From Glycera tridactyla (lineage: Eukaryota): a DNA stretch of 64,000 nucleotides. The translations under genes were made by a program, and so were the position numbers. Of this stretch, positions 38,760 to 53,549 are shown piece after piece. Within the stretch, counting starts at the first letter, position 1, and every line of letters begins with the position of its first letter. The notes below the pieces were generated by a model, which worked only from the letters and a program-made list of their open reading frames with translations, had not been told where the DNA came from and ran no database searches. The stretch lies in NCBI GenBank assembly GCA_965644265.1, contig OZ286468.1:41230001-41294000 (forward strand), written 5' to 3'.

Positions 38760-39800
38760 CACAAATGAACAAAACCAAATACAAAATTCTCACATATATC
38801 AAGATACGAGACAATACCAAGTATATAATCGAGTGTAGCAAAGCCGGCGATAGAACTATGTTTCAAAATGGCTTATATGAGCAGTATAGATCTGGATCGA
38901 GTACAGGTGATATATACCACCGTATACAAAGTGGAGGTGGGACTGCATTCACCGAATGCCTTATGGTTTCAACAAGTCATGTACAATATCATAGGCAGCT
39001 GGTTACAATTTCAATCACAGGTTATTTCCAAACACCATTCTTGACTGCCGCATGTCCTGTAGGCGCTTTTTGAATACAGAGACGCTATTAGTATCCTTGA
39101 CAATTAATGGGATACCATTATAGGTTCTTGCTCCCCTTACTCCAACCCACTTGTCACCAAGCATCAGGTTTGACCTCGGGACTGTTAACAAACCTCTAGA
39201 TTGACCCCGCGTGATTGGCCCCTCTGGTACAATTCTGGTGTCGTAAAGTGAGTTTAATGATGGTGGGGTCAGGTTCCTGATACATTTGAATACGAAGGTT
39301 GGTAGGTGATCATCTCTGCATTCCGCTAGAGTACTTAGTCGTAGGATACGGTGCATGTCTTTTACAGATGTAAGAGGTTCTGCACGTAAGACAATCCTGC
39401 AAGCAGCATTTTAAATTCTTTGCAGACGTTGTTGGTTTATTAGGCCAGTACTACCATACGCTAAGTCACCGTAGTCAATAATGGGGACTACGAGTGACTC
39501 ATACAACATAAGCGAGGTATTCTGATCAATACAACTCCGTGCCTTCGCAATGACAGACAGTTTGTGAGTACAATTTGCAGCAGTATATAGGATATGGCGA
39601 TCAAAACTAAGTCATGGATCCAAATAGATTCCCAAGTATTTGAAATTATCAACTCTTTCAATAATTGTTCCATCCATCACCATACTAATATCTCTAGCTA
39701 GGTTGTGGCAAGTACCAAATAACATCCATTTTGTCTTTTTGACATTCAGGGTTAGCTTACTCTGTTGAAGTAACTTTGATCTCTCTCACAACATTCAAGC
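38760..39800 (-). mobile_element. Fossil CR1-group LINE 3' end
   Basis: KLTLNVKKTKWMLFG...FKYLGIYLD..LSFDRHI...LYESLVVPIIDYGDLAYG...LQRI*NAACRIVL...GARTYNGIP...SVFKKRL. Confidence 0.9.
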
Positions 39801-42800
39801 ACAAGTTCCAACTGTCTGACATATGACAACTGACCCACAATTGCCAAAACCAAAAGGTCTTCCGTATCCATCCAATAAGGTCGAGCACATAGGTTTGACA
39901 TCCAGTTCATTCCTAGAATATAATCAAGAACCCATCTTTCACCGAGTTTGGCTGGTTCGAAATCTTGCTAAAATGTTCATTATGGTAAACTGGAAAAGAT
40001 TTCGTCAAAAAACCTATTATTCATGTTACAATTTGGGCCTCGGTATGATTTTCAAGGGGAGAGAGCTATACAGTGGTGATGAAGGCATGCTTCTCTATCT
40101 GGTCACCTAAAAGTAATTCTGGTGAACCAAAAGTTGTGCAGTGTGATTTCGATTCGGCTTTGCAAACAGTCGTACATATGTAGATAAGAAAAAGGCCACG
40201 TGCCATAATGACGTGATTTTTCCCCTCCTAGTCGGTGGATGTAATGTTCTCATTATGCGACAATACAAGCTCTTAAACTGGCGCCAGGCAGAGCTAAATG
40301 TCCAGTGTTGCTGCTAGAATGTAATAAAGATAGCAGTGATGAGCCCCTGGAGATTCGCTCATAACAGGAATGGACGATGTTTGTGTACCATCGAATATTT
40401 CTTGTTGGCCGTATATGACGTCATCAGCTTCTCGATTGATGACGTGTACAATGTAATATTCATCATTTATGTACATTACCGAAACGTTGTTTATCTATAT
40501 TTTTCCCAACTCGTCGCTTGCTGGCTGGACGTTCCACACCTTGGAGATATAGCAATGTTCAGCTCAACTCATTACTGGTGTTAGTTATGTTGGGGTTGGT
40601 GTAGGCTTGTTTTGCCGGTTCCGTTCAACGTCACGTCAGCGCTAAAGGTGCTATATTGTGACGCCCGTGCAGTGGGCATGGGTGAGATCACTTAACACTC
40701 CTCCTCACGGCTGCCTAATGGAAGGTACACAATTACGGACTTCACACATATTCATGATTGGGCGCTGGTGATGATGTGGGTGGTTTTGTGATGCTGATAG
40801 TGAGGATAGATGGCTGTTGGTTTTGGTGAATAGTAGTGGTGATGATGAACATAGAGATGCGGGTTTGTCCTTGTAGATAGTTGGGCTCGTGCTGCATTTT
40901 GCGATGGTATTAAATGCGATGATTGTTTGGGTTTTGCAGTTATCATCTCAGGATTCAGTCCTCTTAGGTTGGCATTCATCGTCATCATGGCCAGGTTATA
41001 CTCCTGGAACAATATATTCATACTTCATTGTTGATCATGACGCGACGCAGTTCATTAATAAACATTACATGGGGGAAACGCTAGAATTCACAGAAACCTG
41101 ACCATAGCGATGCAGTCAACCTCATGGTGCATGTAAATCGAATAACATTTTCCTAAGATACTCACCGAACTGACATTACTGATAAGAAAAGTACGTGTAT
41201 TTGATACATTCAAAACAATCGGTGTTTGGGGTGCGATATCAGGCCATTGAACAGTTGTGATCATTTCATTTGCTGCGAGGTATCTGCACTAGAGCCGAAA
41301 TGGCGCAATATATGGATCACCACGATATGGGAAAGCACTCGGATCGGCGTTATCACCACCGCCATAGGGTTATTTGCCTGAATTGGTATTACAGAGGAAT
41401 GCGTAATCGATGATTGTAAATGATGTGTCGCCATGGAGTAATGTTATGACGGAGACTCACGCCATCCCTCCATTCCCCACGCTCTGTGAGCCGATGTTTT
41501 CAACAACCTGCTAAGTGCCTAATTGCCAGTCACAATTAGCACTAATCGCATTAGCTTGGTTCATGTGTGGCAAGCTGAAATCACTCGCCCATAGTACGTG
41601 TTGAATCGTTTCAAAAGTTCACGTCATTATGCGCACATTTGTGGACGTTGGCCAGCTGTTCCCAATACGTGATCTTAGCACCAAGTAATATCGAGAGAGA
41701 CATGCAAATGGCATGAGACGGATTATCCGAGACCCCTCAAGGGAGGTGATAGTTCATGGAATTCAGACTGGTGTTGTATGGTTCCGTGGCAAAGTCTCGA
41801 CCCCTGGCCTGAACATGTAAGCATTGGTGTTGCATCTGGTCATGAGATGTATGACTTCGGAATATGTGGGATGACTGCTAGCCTGTAGATACAGAATCCT
41901 GATGTCCTTTCTGACATAATTTGATCCTGCCAAATGTCTTTCAAATAGAAGGTATGCGAATGAAGAACGTTTCGAATGTACTCCATGGGATTCTTCATCG
42001 AGCGACGAATATTTCAGCTACTTCACTGCCACGAGACTTTGTTTCTGTCGTGGTTGTCATGGCATCACGACTGCAAGTGTTATCTGTAACGCGGGACTGC
42101 TTCTTGTTATCGATTCGACCGGGTGTTATTTAGGGTACGGTACTGTGGCCTATTACGTTGGCCGACTTATCCATGCATGCCAGAAGGTAGTAATTTGGGT
42201 CCATCTAATAATGATTCTATCAACTCCTATGCCATGCATTCATCAATTGATGCTTTGAGGAGTCAAGTACCGCGGAATTAATCACAGCTGACTTTCGGAT
42301 ATTATTACTCAGGGGGAGTACAGTCGAATCTCTATGCAACGATCAACTTTGAAAGTGATGTAATGTACTTCACTTCCTCAACCATCAGAGAGAATTAGCG
42401 GTTGAAAAAAACAGGCAGAAATCCAATCATGGTGATCATCATTTTTAGGCATGAATAGGCGTGTTTCAGAAATCGGGCAAGCTTCTGTCTGACAAACCAT
42501 CAGGCAAATTTGAAAGCTTTTCGCAAATGCCAGTATTTAGCCTTTGTAGAGAAGTCGGTCAAAGTATAATTGTGCCCGCATCTCAAGCTCGTATTTGGCT
42601 GTCGGGTAGCTCCCTTTCACCCTTTTCATATAATGGCTCCAATGCAGTCTCTGACTTGGCCATCAATGCAGTCTATTGAATTATACCCCACCTGACATCC
42701 TGTCACGCCCTTTATCCGTTCACCTGCACCAACATACTTCTCACCCATCCTTCAAATCCGCAATGAGATATGCCGATAGGGTTAACCGGAGATTATGGTC

Positions 42801-45755
42801 ATGGTGGTTCTTTTCATGTTGAAGTGTAACTGCCTGCCGTTATGTCCATTTGAAACCAGGCAGGAATCCAAATTTCACTAGTCAGTTAGCATAAAGTGTA
42901 TGTGGATGCCGTCATCATACTGTATGACTCAAGCTGATTTTTCAGGAGAGTGCATGTTCACTTTTCCATCTTTGCCAAGGTAACCAAGGTCGGATGACCA
43001 GAATTGATGGAAACTCACCTGATTTCACCTCGTAGACGCCAGTGCCCGAATCGAAACAATGGAACTCAGCTTGTTGATGGCTGTCTTTCCATTAGGGAGG
43101 CAGTAAAATGTAAAATATCCATTATTTTTGCTGGTTTCCATAGGGAGTTTTCTCACCCCAAATATCGTCTGACGTTTCAACGCCCTTTGATTTTCGTACA
43201 AGGTCACAAAACAGGTTGATTTCGAATGTTTATCTGTGATTTCACGTATGCGAATGGATCAGCCTGTAGTGTTAGCATCAGATAGAGTGACCTGAAAAAT
43301 CAAAGACTTTGACATTCATGTGACTTTGAACTCGATTGTCCGCTAGAGCAATGGCAGTGGCTCATTGATTCAAACTAGAACATCAAAGCTCACTGGTTCA
43401 TGCATAATGTTGTGGAAATGTGTCACAGGCATAGAAACAGTTCATTGTGGGCACAAAGGGTTTTACATCAATGAGGGTTTTACATCAATGAAGGAGAGTA
43501 CTGTCATAAATGATACTGTGTGCTTGAAAAATGTGTCAAAATGAGCTGTCGTGATGTAGACAAGATTTCATTATCGGAGGTTTTTTTGTCAGTATCCTGT
43601 GACACAGACGCTACACTTTGAATCGTGTTATATCTGCAGTGTCTGGGAGGTTATTAAAGTCTCTGTCACATAAAGCAAGTTGTATACTCTGTTCATGGGC
43701 CTCATCTATCAAAGTGTAATCTCATATACCCACCCACGGCTCGCTAAATTAAATTCACAGGATTCTTATATCAATCCAACAATTAGTTTCTTCTTTTACC
43801 TGTCCTTTTTGACTGATGGATGCCATCCACACCCACCACCACTCGAAGTTCATGAATGTTCTGATTTTCTCAGTGTTGCCGTTAGTTATCCATTGGTGAT
43901 AAATCCAGACTCGGCCGAGTGTTATCTTTATATGGGATTGGATTTTCAGCCTCCTTTTATGTGCAAGCATGCGCATATATGCGGAGCTGGGGTATCATTG
44001 TAGCTGATTTGTATTGACTCATTTTAGTGCCTTCGCCCATCTAGGACCATCGTTTCCAGGCCCCATGTTAGTTGCTCAAACTATCAAGTATCCCTGATGA
44101 TGTGTGACTCACAATTGCTCCTTTGATTCGAGTTCAACACTGTACTCTTGGGTGTAGTCGAATGGTGAGAGTTCTCACAATTCCGTCTTCATCACCCATT
44201 ATCCGAATAACTGCGTTGGAGTGGGATGAGAAGAAGCTACTGCTGAAGCGTACCAACCCCACTACTTTCTTACGTTTCAAGAGCATCGCACGCTACACTG
44301 TGATACATTGGCTAGGTTGTTACCTAATACTGACTCTTGAGTGTGACGTTCTTCTCCTTGATTCACATACGATATGCATAGTGGTGTGTCTGAACTTCTT
44401 GAAAATCTGACAAGCTTCATAATATCTCACCATCATCGCTTATGGTTTGTGGGAGTGATGCTTACATCGGGCTTACATGGGACAATGATCTTTTGTGCTG
44501 CCACATGCCGTTTAAAACAAATCATCAAACAGTCAATTTCTTCCTCTCACCGCATCATCTTATAACAAAAATGCTGCTGGGAAGTAGCACCACTGCCAAG
44601 AATTTTTATTTGGGTTTGTGAGGAAAACACTGGTTCTTTCACCTGCTTGTCTTCGTTAGGCGAGTCTGTGTGTCTTCAACTGGGGGATGATATTTTGCCC
44701 TGTCGAGTGCTCTTGTTCCTTCGTTCTGAATCATGGTTGCTCGCCGAGGAATATATTTGTCGTGTATTTTCTTATGATATCATATCTTATACTATCTTAT
44801 GCATACACAGGCCAATGATGATATTGTATGCATGGATTGTTATACACGAAGGCCAGTGTTATATTACCCAGGTCTATTGGTCATGGCTGAAAATCCTCAT
44901 CATGCATGTATGAATGATGCCTGTCTCACGAATCGATCAATCATTTGTTGGGAAAAATCTACATCTCATCCCCGTGAAAAACACCCAGCATGCCAGTAAG
45001 AATAATACCTGTCATACGGCTCTATCGACCATCGGTTGAAAAATCTTCATCATATCCTCGTGAATAATATATCTTCATACCCGCTTCGAGATACAACGGC
45101 ACTCTTACCACGGCGATACGATGTTATTTCTAGTATCAGTCGAATAAGATGAAGACGGATTCGTTCCCAACAGCCAATTTGCCACTTCTCATTTGAAGGT
45201 GCTTCCCACGGTACGACTGGCGAAGATCTTCATGAAATTCGTGAAGTTTTGCTCTCCTTATCATGAATCTATATGGCGAATATGCAGAATTTTCTGGCTA
45301 TCGATGTATAAGACCAAGGAATTACGGCTGCCCTATCAAAATGGGAGAAAAGAACGTTTTTTTGCGAGGCAGAGTGAATTATGTTGCATGAAGTTCCAAT
45401 GTCAACTGAGTATGTGAATTACATTTCAATCTGACCTCTTGTTCCGATTTGCTATGATTTTGACCTTTATTTCGACCAAATACAACGAATTCCGGAGACA
45501 ATACATTCGAGCATGGGCATGGGATATGGAACAACATCGTACAAATATCCACTACAATTGGATTTGTCAGACTTTCGTAGTACTTTTTTCATGGAAAGCA
45601 AGACAGCTCGTTTCTCTCTATTTGCGATTCGTTTAGAAGCTTCATCATTTCTGTATGTATGATAGATATCCAACCTCCCAAGAGTACTAGAGAAAGAGAG
45701 CATGCCAATGCTGAAATGAATATCTTATCGGATGAGGGTGAATTCATTGACATGG

Positions 45756-45841
<86 letters not shown>
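45756..45841. repeat. (TA)n microsatellite
   Basis: Seen directly. Confidence 0.98.
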
Positions 45842-45845
<4 letters not shown>

Positions 45846-46142
45846 GAAAAAAAGCACCCAGGGGATTTCTTTACTGTCTTCGAGCGTACTTTTGCAATTT
45901 ATCAGCTATCTCGTGAAATATATTTATCATGTTTGTATAGGTACACACCAACATGAAACTGCTTATGTTACGAATGGATTGTACGGCCCCATATGTATGA
46001 TCATTTTGCTCTACATGTTCGCCACAGGACACTGTCTGTATTTTTTGTTTTCATATGCCAACCATCCTTTCTGCTCGACCACCTCAGCATATCAACATCA
46101 ACATCAACATCTGTTATCTGTCACGTCTACAGTATTCATTCT

Positions 46143-46586
46143 CCACCCAGACATGATCGACCCAGACATGATCGTCGCAGACATGATCCACCCAGACATA
46201 ATCCTCCCAGACATGATCCACCCAGACATAATCCACCAAGACATGATCCTCTCAGACATGATCCACCCAGACATGATCCACCCAGACATGATCAACCCAG
46301 ACATGATCCACCCAGACATGATCCACCCAGACATGATCCATCCAGACATGATTAACCCAGACATGATCGTTCCAGACATGATCAACCCAGACATGATCAA
46401 CCCAGACATGATCCACCCAGACATGATCGTCCAAGACATGACCGACCAAGACATGATCATCCCAGACATGATCGACCCAGACATGATCAACCTAGGCATG
46501 ATCATCCCGGATAGATCAACCCAGACATGATCAACCCAGACATGATCACCCCAGACATGGTCCACCCAGACATGATCCACCCAGAC
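46143..46586. repeat. 15-bp minisatellite CCAGACATGATC(A/C)AC, ~30 units
   Basis: Seen directly; produces artefactual DMIHP/RHDPP/GLIMS ORFs. Confidence 0.95.
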
Positions 46587-47746
46587 TTCCGTCTCCGTCA
46601 TCTTCGCCATCATCTCTGTCTCGGCATTCCTGATTTTCATCATCTCTGTTGTCGTTGTCATCAAATCCGTCGTCATCAACTTTGACAATAATGTCATCGT
46701 CATCATCTGCCATGCTCGCCATCTCTGTCATGCAACGCACCATCACCAACATCCACATCGGTGTGGCCAAAAGTTGCACCACAGTGTTTTAGGTGGTATC
46801 ATATCTGTTAGCACGATTCCGCCAAATATCTAAAAAGATTGCCTTGAGTGACGGGCAGCCGTGAATGCCAAGTAGCCTGTCCAGGATTTCTGTTGTTTGT
46901 TTTTCGGAATCACATCGATATTTGATCTATGGGAGTTGACAAATATATAGATATTCCTTCAAGCATGATATGATTCTTCAACGATACTATCACCTTTGTG
47001 GTGTATCGGTTCCAAAAAGCAGAGCTGATACTATTGTAGCTATCTTCAAAATGTCGTTTCATCGATACAGTGTTTGTCTGTAGTCTCTTCCTGAATTCTG
47101 AGATAATGTACACAATCGCTTAAGATAATTCATGAGATACCTATGCTGCCTAGATTCATGGAAAAGCCGCCAAACGCTTCCAAGTGGCAGAAATCGTCAA
47201 CATGGAGATCTGCCAACGTCGTTCTCGATCTGGAATGAGTAAGTTTGGTTATGTGAACAAGTATGCCAAATTTGGTACCTGTTTCCAAGAGCGCACAGAC
47301 ATCGTGCTTATCTACTGAACCATGATATTGGGTGATAAGGGTGCGTACCTTATAAATATCTGATCCATCGTCTGTTATCTACCTGTTGTGAGAGGAACCG
47401 ACACGGCATGACGTGGCGTTCTGTGCAAGAATCCTTTTACACTCATACAACCACTCTGATGATAGATACTGCAATCGAGACTACAATCACAGTAATATTT
47501 CTCTATCCAGACAGGCATGGCTCGAAAATTCTTCGTGATTATCCATATGTGCATGCAAGTCGTATTCGTAGTATTCTTTGCCTTCTTTGTTTTCACCTTC
47601 TGCTTCAGAATCCATACCGTTTTTTGGGTTTTTTGAATTTGCCAATTTTATCTATTCATCATGGCACGAGACCTTGCTCTGAGTTTTTCTGGCTCTTTCC
47701 ATTCCATGCCATGCATATCATATATGGCATTCTTTGAATATGGTCG

Positions 47747-47936
47747 GTGTTGCTTCAAGGGCCATCGTGATTATTGATATCATCTTAATTCTTTTCTTCT
47801 TCTTTTTCCTATCATCATATTTATCATTATTGTATCTATCAGTGTTGCTTCAAGGGCCATCGTGATTATTGATATCATCTTAATTCTTTTCTTCTTCTTT
47901 TTCCTATCATCATATTTATCATTATTGTATTTATCA
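47747..47936. repeat. Near-perfect 95-bp tandem duplication
   Basis: gtgttgcttcaagggccatcgtgattattgatatcatcttaattc... starts at 47747 and 47842; single in the paralog. Confidence 0.9.
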
Positions 47937-49579
47937 ACATCATTATTCTTACCACGACATCCTAAAACAAATTCGTTGCCATGGCTAACACTAGCACCAT
48001 GACCTCTCTGAAAGGTATCATATTGGGTGAGATTGATTATACCTAGTAGTGTTTCCCTTCCATCTAATACCATGTCTTGTTATCTTCTTTGGCAAGGCGC
48101 TACAGAGCTCACTTGGCATGATGGCATGCAATTCTCTGTACCAGAGTCCTTTTTTTCTTCATGATCAGATTACATTTGATTATCGCTACTACATCCCAAA
48201 GACTGTCATCAAAGGCAAAGAACGAAAAAAAAGAGAAGGGATGGGCAACTGGGAGTGGAAGACACGATGAGGGAACATACGTAATCTCATCTGTATTCTA
48301 CTCAGTCACGCATCCTCACCCGAAGCAAACATCTCAACTCAATACCAGAAATATTTCGACTAGATTGCATTCATTCGTGGCTCGTTTAACTCCTCAACCC
48401 TATCCGAAAAAAAGCTCTATATGATGAAATTGGCATCCGTTTTATACTTGAAAGAAGACTGGAAATTGCGAAATATGTTGATGTGATGGTTTACATTCAG
48501 GAATCTCTTACAATCAGTCCCAATTTCACAATTACATTCATTGGTAGGCCCGGTCAAGCTTGAGGCTTTGTCCTCGGCATCAGGGGTACACAACATACTA
48601 CACTGACACTACACCATGTTCTAGGTAGTCCTCCCTCACCACTAGTGCCTATAGATAACCACTCATGCCTGCATATCATGGAGAAGGCAGATTGTGTAGC
48701 TTCTCTTCTGAATGGTAGTTTAGGATTGTATAGGTCCCTCGTTTGGTGCACATCTGATGTTGAATGACCTTGTCTAGTTAAATCACCTAACAGATAAGGC
48801 CCCACTACTCACCATTGAATGGCAGCGACTACAAGTAGAAAGCAAGAGCAGCTTGTGGTATCACTCTCTCTCTCTCCCTCTCCCCCTCTCTCACCCTCCC
48901 TCCCTCTCGCTCTCTCTATCTCTCTCTCTCTTTCGCTCTCTCTTTGAGCAAACAGCCGATCACCCAATCGAATGATGATATTGTCCATATAAAGCAGCTG
49001 ATGGATCCTGATATTTCCTACACAATCTTCCCCAATATGTACATGTGAATGCTTTGAAGCATTAGCACTGCGTTTCAGCGTCGATTTTGCTTGCACATTG
49101 GCTATGTTGACACGCACATGAGCTTGACATGTATAGGAGCATTCGAGTGTCTGTCTCCAGCATACAAATAAGTAGGTGATCATTCATGAAATTTTCACAT
49201 AGATGTTCCATTCCTCACTATGAATTCGAGAAGAGGTTTTCGAAATTCGTTATGAGAAGCATTGGGTTGAAATGAAAGTTGAGATGGGAAGCTGTTTCGG
49301 CTGAGTAGTATCTCAGGTGGAGATGGGGTGGCTAATGGAGAAAGATGAGAGCAGGCTGCTGAGTGCAACCATTAGTGCTCTCCATTCAAATAATGCTACT
49401 TAAGTATCATTGCTGTTAGCATAGCAACATGTATTGTCATCAGAAACTAAAGTCATTACTTCGCGCTACCATTTTGGGTGGTTGTGTCGGAGTGCATTAC
49501 TGTGTTCGGCGGAAGTCGACGTTGGTAATGAGTGTAAGCTGCGAGTTGGCTGCAACCCTCACGTGCTCAGCATGGCTGC

Positions 49580-49700
49580 TGATCTTTTTTGCATGTGAAA
49601 GCGTGTACATATGTGGTGCGATGTTGTGGAATTCGATTCCACCACAACTACGAACTGATGTGATCAGGAATATCTCCAACTTGAAGCTGTATTTCGAATA
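49580..49700 (+). mobile_element. Small CR1-like ORF2 C-terminal remnant
   Basis: Translates to GAMLWNSIPPQLR, typical of the CR1 ORF2 end. Confidence 0.45.
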
Positions 49701-52700
49701 GCTATATGCGCATTAGAGTGTATCTGCAGCATCCTTAGAATATCGTGATATGACCAGGCACTTATATCTTGTGATGATCTCAGTCTCTTCAATCAACAAC
49801 ATCACAATCATCATGTAATTTTTGATATCTCTTACTTCTGTGTACAGTGTGGGCATCCATCCTTGTTTCGTAATTCTTTGTTCATATATGTGAATTTTTT
49901 ATGATGTTATATCCACCGACGCATGTAATATGATTTTTCAATGGGACAATTGAAGAAAAAAGACAGAGAGTCAGATGGAATGACAGAGGGACAGACACAG
50001 AGACAGACATAGAGACAGACACAGAAACCGATACAGAGCCTGACAGAGAGACTGACGGACAGACAGAAGGACTGAATTTTTCCAACTGCAATCTTATGAA
50101 TCATGGCCACAATCAGAATTGGCATTGGTCCTGATGTGGGATGTCTACAGAACAATTCGTCACTGTTGGCAGACCCAGTGCTCATCGGAAGCAGTTGAGA
50201 GTAGTGTTGACATGATTGATGGCCATCGATTTTTCTCTATTATTGTCATTTATCATGTCTGTCATGATGAACGAGGCCCACGTCATTTTCAGATAAGTCT
50301 CTTCACTCCCGACGCCCTCATCTTCAGCCTCTCGTGCCAGGACCTTAGATTCTTGTGATATTTGTCCAGGAGAACTAATGATTATGACCACTTGCAAATT
50401 GCAAAATCTCCAAATAATTTCTTGAAAATGCTGGTTTTGACATCCCAAACCTCGTAAAATTGTTATGAGGCATACAGATTGAGACATCAAGGGAGTAATT
50501 AGTTGATACATGTATCAAATACACTGGTATTTGCTTGTAATATGCCTGGTTGTGATTTGTTGAGACATATGCAAGTACTCGTTCTGGAATGCTTATTGTC
50601 TGGACACACTTACCATTGACTCACAGCTACTCGTGATACCAGTACTCATATTCTGATACCAGTAGGGCGCGCCCCCCTTCCCCCTCCAGCTCTTCAGCTG
50701 GGGCCCGTGCGATGAACATCCACAAACTCAGGTTGACCTACCTGATATAAACTTCATTCAACTGACCTAACATATACATATGATGAGCGACACTATGAGC
50801 TCGTATGAACTGACCCGATACTCGATTGATTGATGCAATTTCACCTAATCCCCCCCGGGCCCACGGAGGAGGATGGGGAGGAGGATAGTTTCATCTGTCA
50901 ATTGATAATCAGTCTCTCATTATCTCTATGCATTACTTCATCATGGCTGTGTCGGATCATGTGACAGCCTCGGGGCCCCACGTGACTGGTAGTATGACAC
51001 TCATAATGAGAAAGGGGGCCATCCGATGAAAACCATCAGAGAATGGTCTGATGACTTTGTGATTATGGATATCCCCTATCTGGATGATAAAGCGAATAAT
51101 TCCCCACCCTGGAAAATGACATGTATAGTTTCCTAACTAGGAATTTCGTAGAACACTTCAGAACATCATTTTCAAAGGGCGAATGGTGCCTGTGCATGTG
51201 TGTGAGACAGTGTCAATGACAATATCGAATGGGATATTGAATGGTTGATTTGATGATCATACTTTACCGCCAGTCATCGATACAAATAATCATGTATACT
51301 ATGTATGGTCGATCTGGGATGGCCGGCCATATGTATAAGATGGATGAAACTTTTGATGGCAATATCTAGATAGGCAACTGATTAATGACCGACGAGACAA
51401 ATAAAGAGACAGCGCAAAACAGAGGGAAAAGTGAGTTTCGTGATGTGTTGTATTATGAAACATTGACTGTTTTGTCGAAATACATGTTCACAAAACGATC
51501 ACTTGGAGAGCGAGAGCGAAGAAGGGGGGAGGATGAGCAAGTAGCAACACTCATCATTAGGGTCACTTGAGGTCATCATGACTTGAGACGCTTCTTGTCT
51601 CTATGTACTCTGAATGATTTCATGCCAAATTTGAAGAAATTCTTATTCGAGTTCGAGTTAGAGATCATCGATTGTTGATCATTGTATTTCTATGGAAATT
51701 ACTCCAGCAAATTCCCACAGAATGCGTGCAAGAAACCGCCCCAGGCATAATGCATGCATATATAGTTGACTTACATTATATTGATACTATGTAATTCACA
51801 TCAGGATTCCAAGGTGTACATCCCGTGAACTTGATCTTCAGCCTCATATCTAACTACTTGTTGGGATGAATGGCATGGCATTGTATTTGAATGTGTATAA
51901 TCATTTCTTTCGCCTCACATTCATGATGAGAGGATGCTACGAAGCATCGCTGACCTATTCAAAAAGATGTAGCTGGAAGAATGGAGGATTGGTGAATGGT
52001 TCTGTCTAAACTTACAGCAGGTTCAATTGAGACTGGGTTCTGCTAAGAATCCAAAAGCATCTGAAGCCGGAAATTCTTCAGACCTGCTGAGGTTTGAGTC
52101 ATATTGTGCATTTTTTTCCTGAATATTAACAATGAATGAAGGTCAATAAATGAAGAGCCAGCGGACGCCGTCGACCCAAACCTGTCAGGATCCAAGTAAT
52201 AGGAACATGAGTTTGAAGTATGTTTTCTATTCAGTCACCTCTGCATCTAATCCACTATGACCCTACCTCTTCTCTATTTGCAGGGAGAGGGGGGGGGGGG
52301 AGGAGAGAGAGTGAGAGGGAGAGAGAGAGAAAGAAAGAAAGGGAGCAGGCCAAAAGATGAATGAATGGATGGATGGACGGGCACAATAATATGCTCACAG
52401 GAAAAGTGGATAGATAAAGCGATAGACAGATGGGGCAGGAGTTGATTACAGATGGGTGGATATGCACGGACTGGTGCACATTGGCAGATGTCCTGTCCAG
52501 ACAGGGAAGCCGAAATAGAAGCGGAACACCGACTTGCAACCTCTCATGTTGAATTTAGACATTCAAATCCTGTAATATCACTGTGAAGTAGGGAACTAAG
52601 AGTCGACTGGAACTGTGATTGTGGTTATATATTCTTGGACATGACGCCACTAATATCATCATGACCAGAGTAACGTCTAAGTCCGCAGTTGGTGATGTTG

Positions 52701-53267
52701 GACCAATGTCATTATCGAGCAGTAATGTGCACGGAGTACACTCCATTAGCAGGATAGCAGCAGCGGTGGAGATGGCGGCGCTATCGAGCAGTTATCCTGG
52801 TCGAGTGTCAAGAACAGTAGATTCTATCCGAATGTGGCTAGAAGCATGGGTTTTGCTACACGTAAAAGGTTGGACTATGATATCATTTCCTTCAAATGGA
52901 CAAATGAGAATGAATAGAATTAGTAAATAGGAGTAGGAGAGATGTGACTGGAGCGGGGTTTAATTTGGTGAGGAGGAGCTCCTCACACACATAGATGCTG
53001 ACTGGATTGGCTCATCTGTAGAAGTAGTAGCCATTCAGCTTTTGGGAGTGGCACATCAACCGCGGAATTATGCTCACTAGTCTGTGTGAATAGTAACAAG
53101 TATGACTGCCTGAATGGCATTTTTACTATTCACGACCTCACTGACCATTTGAGGGAATGCACCACTGCTCTATGTAGAAAAATGGAAAGAAGAATATAGT
53201 GTCATACGTGTCGAATTAGGCCTTATGGTTCTCAACATACTGATACATTCGGAATAATGTCTATCCA

Positions 53268-53549
53268 TACACCCAGACATGATCCACCCAGACATGATTC
53301 ACCCAGACATGATCAACCGAGACATGATCAACCAAGACATGATCAACCCAGACATGATCGTCCCAGACATGATCAACCCAGACATGATCGTTCCAGACAT
53401 GATTGTCCCAGACATGATCGTCCCAGACATGAGCGACCCAGACATGATCATGACAGACACGATCCACACAGACATGATCAACCTAGACATGATCAACACA
53501 GACATGATTGACCCAGACATGATCAACCCAGACATGATCGACACAGACA
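53268..53549. repeat. 15-bp minisatellite CCAGACATGATC(A/C)AC, ~19 units
   Basis: Same unit as 46143-46586. Confidence 0.95.

Larger units (their letters stand above)
46120..49000. repeat. ~3 kb direct duplication, copy 1 (paralog 53255-56009)
   Basis: Collinear blocks include the minisatellite, tgcaacgcac.atcaccaac, gtgtttccct.ccatcta, caaggcgctacagagctc, tgatggtttacattcaggaatctcttacaatcagtccca and ttgagcaaacagcc. Confidence 0.9.

Noticed and set aside
44560-45100. GPCR-like fragments (YDRYY, IIIGLCMHKI); similar TM6-like text at ~50180-50260
   Set aside because: Motifs fall in different frames amid many stops and are not in a consistent order; indistinguishable from chance by eye
46143-46586. 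Regular 15-bp array as a CRISPR or a repeat-protein CDS (DMIHP/RHDPP ORFs; also 53268-53549)
   Set aside because: Head-to-tail minisatellite without unique spacers; ORFs are open in several frames on both strands simply because the unit lacks stops; eukaryotic context, no cas genes
51385-51430. Possible short exon MTDETNKETAQNRGK with AAA|GTGAGT donor
   Set aside because: No convincing acceptor or recognisable product
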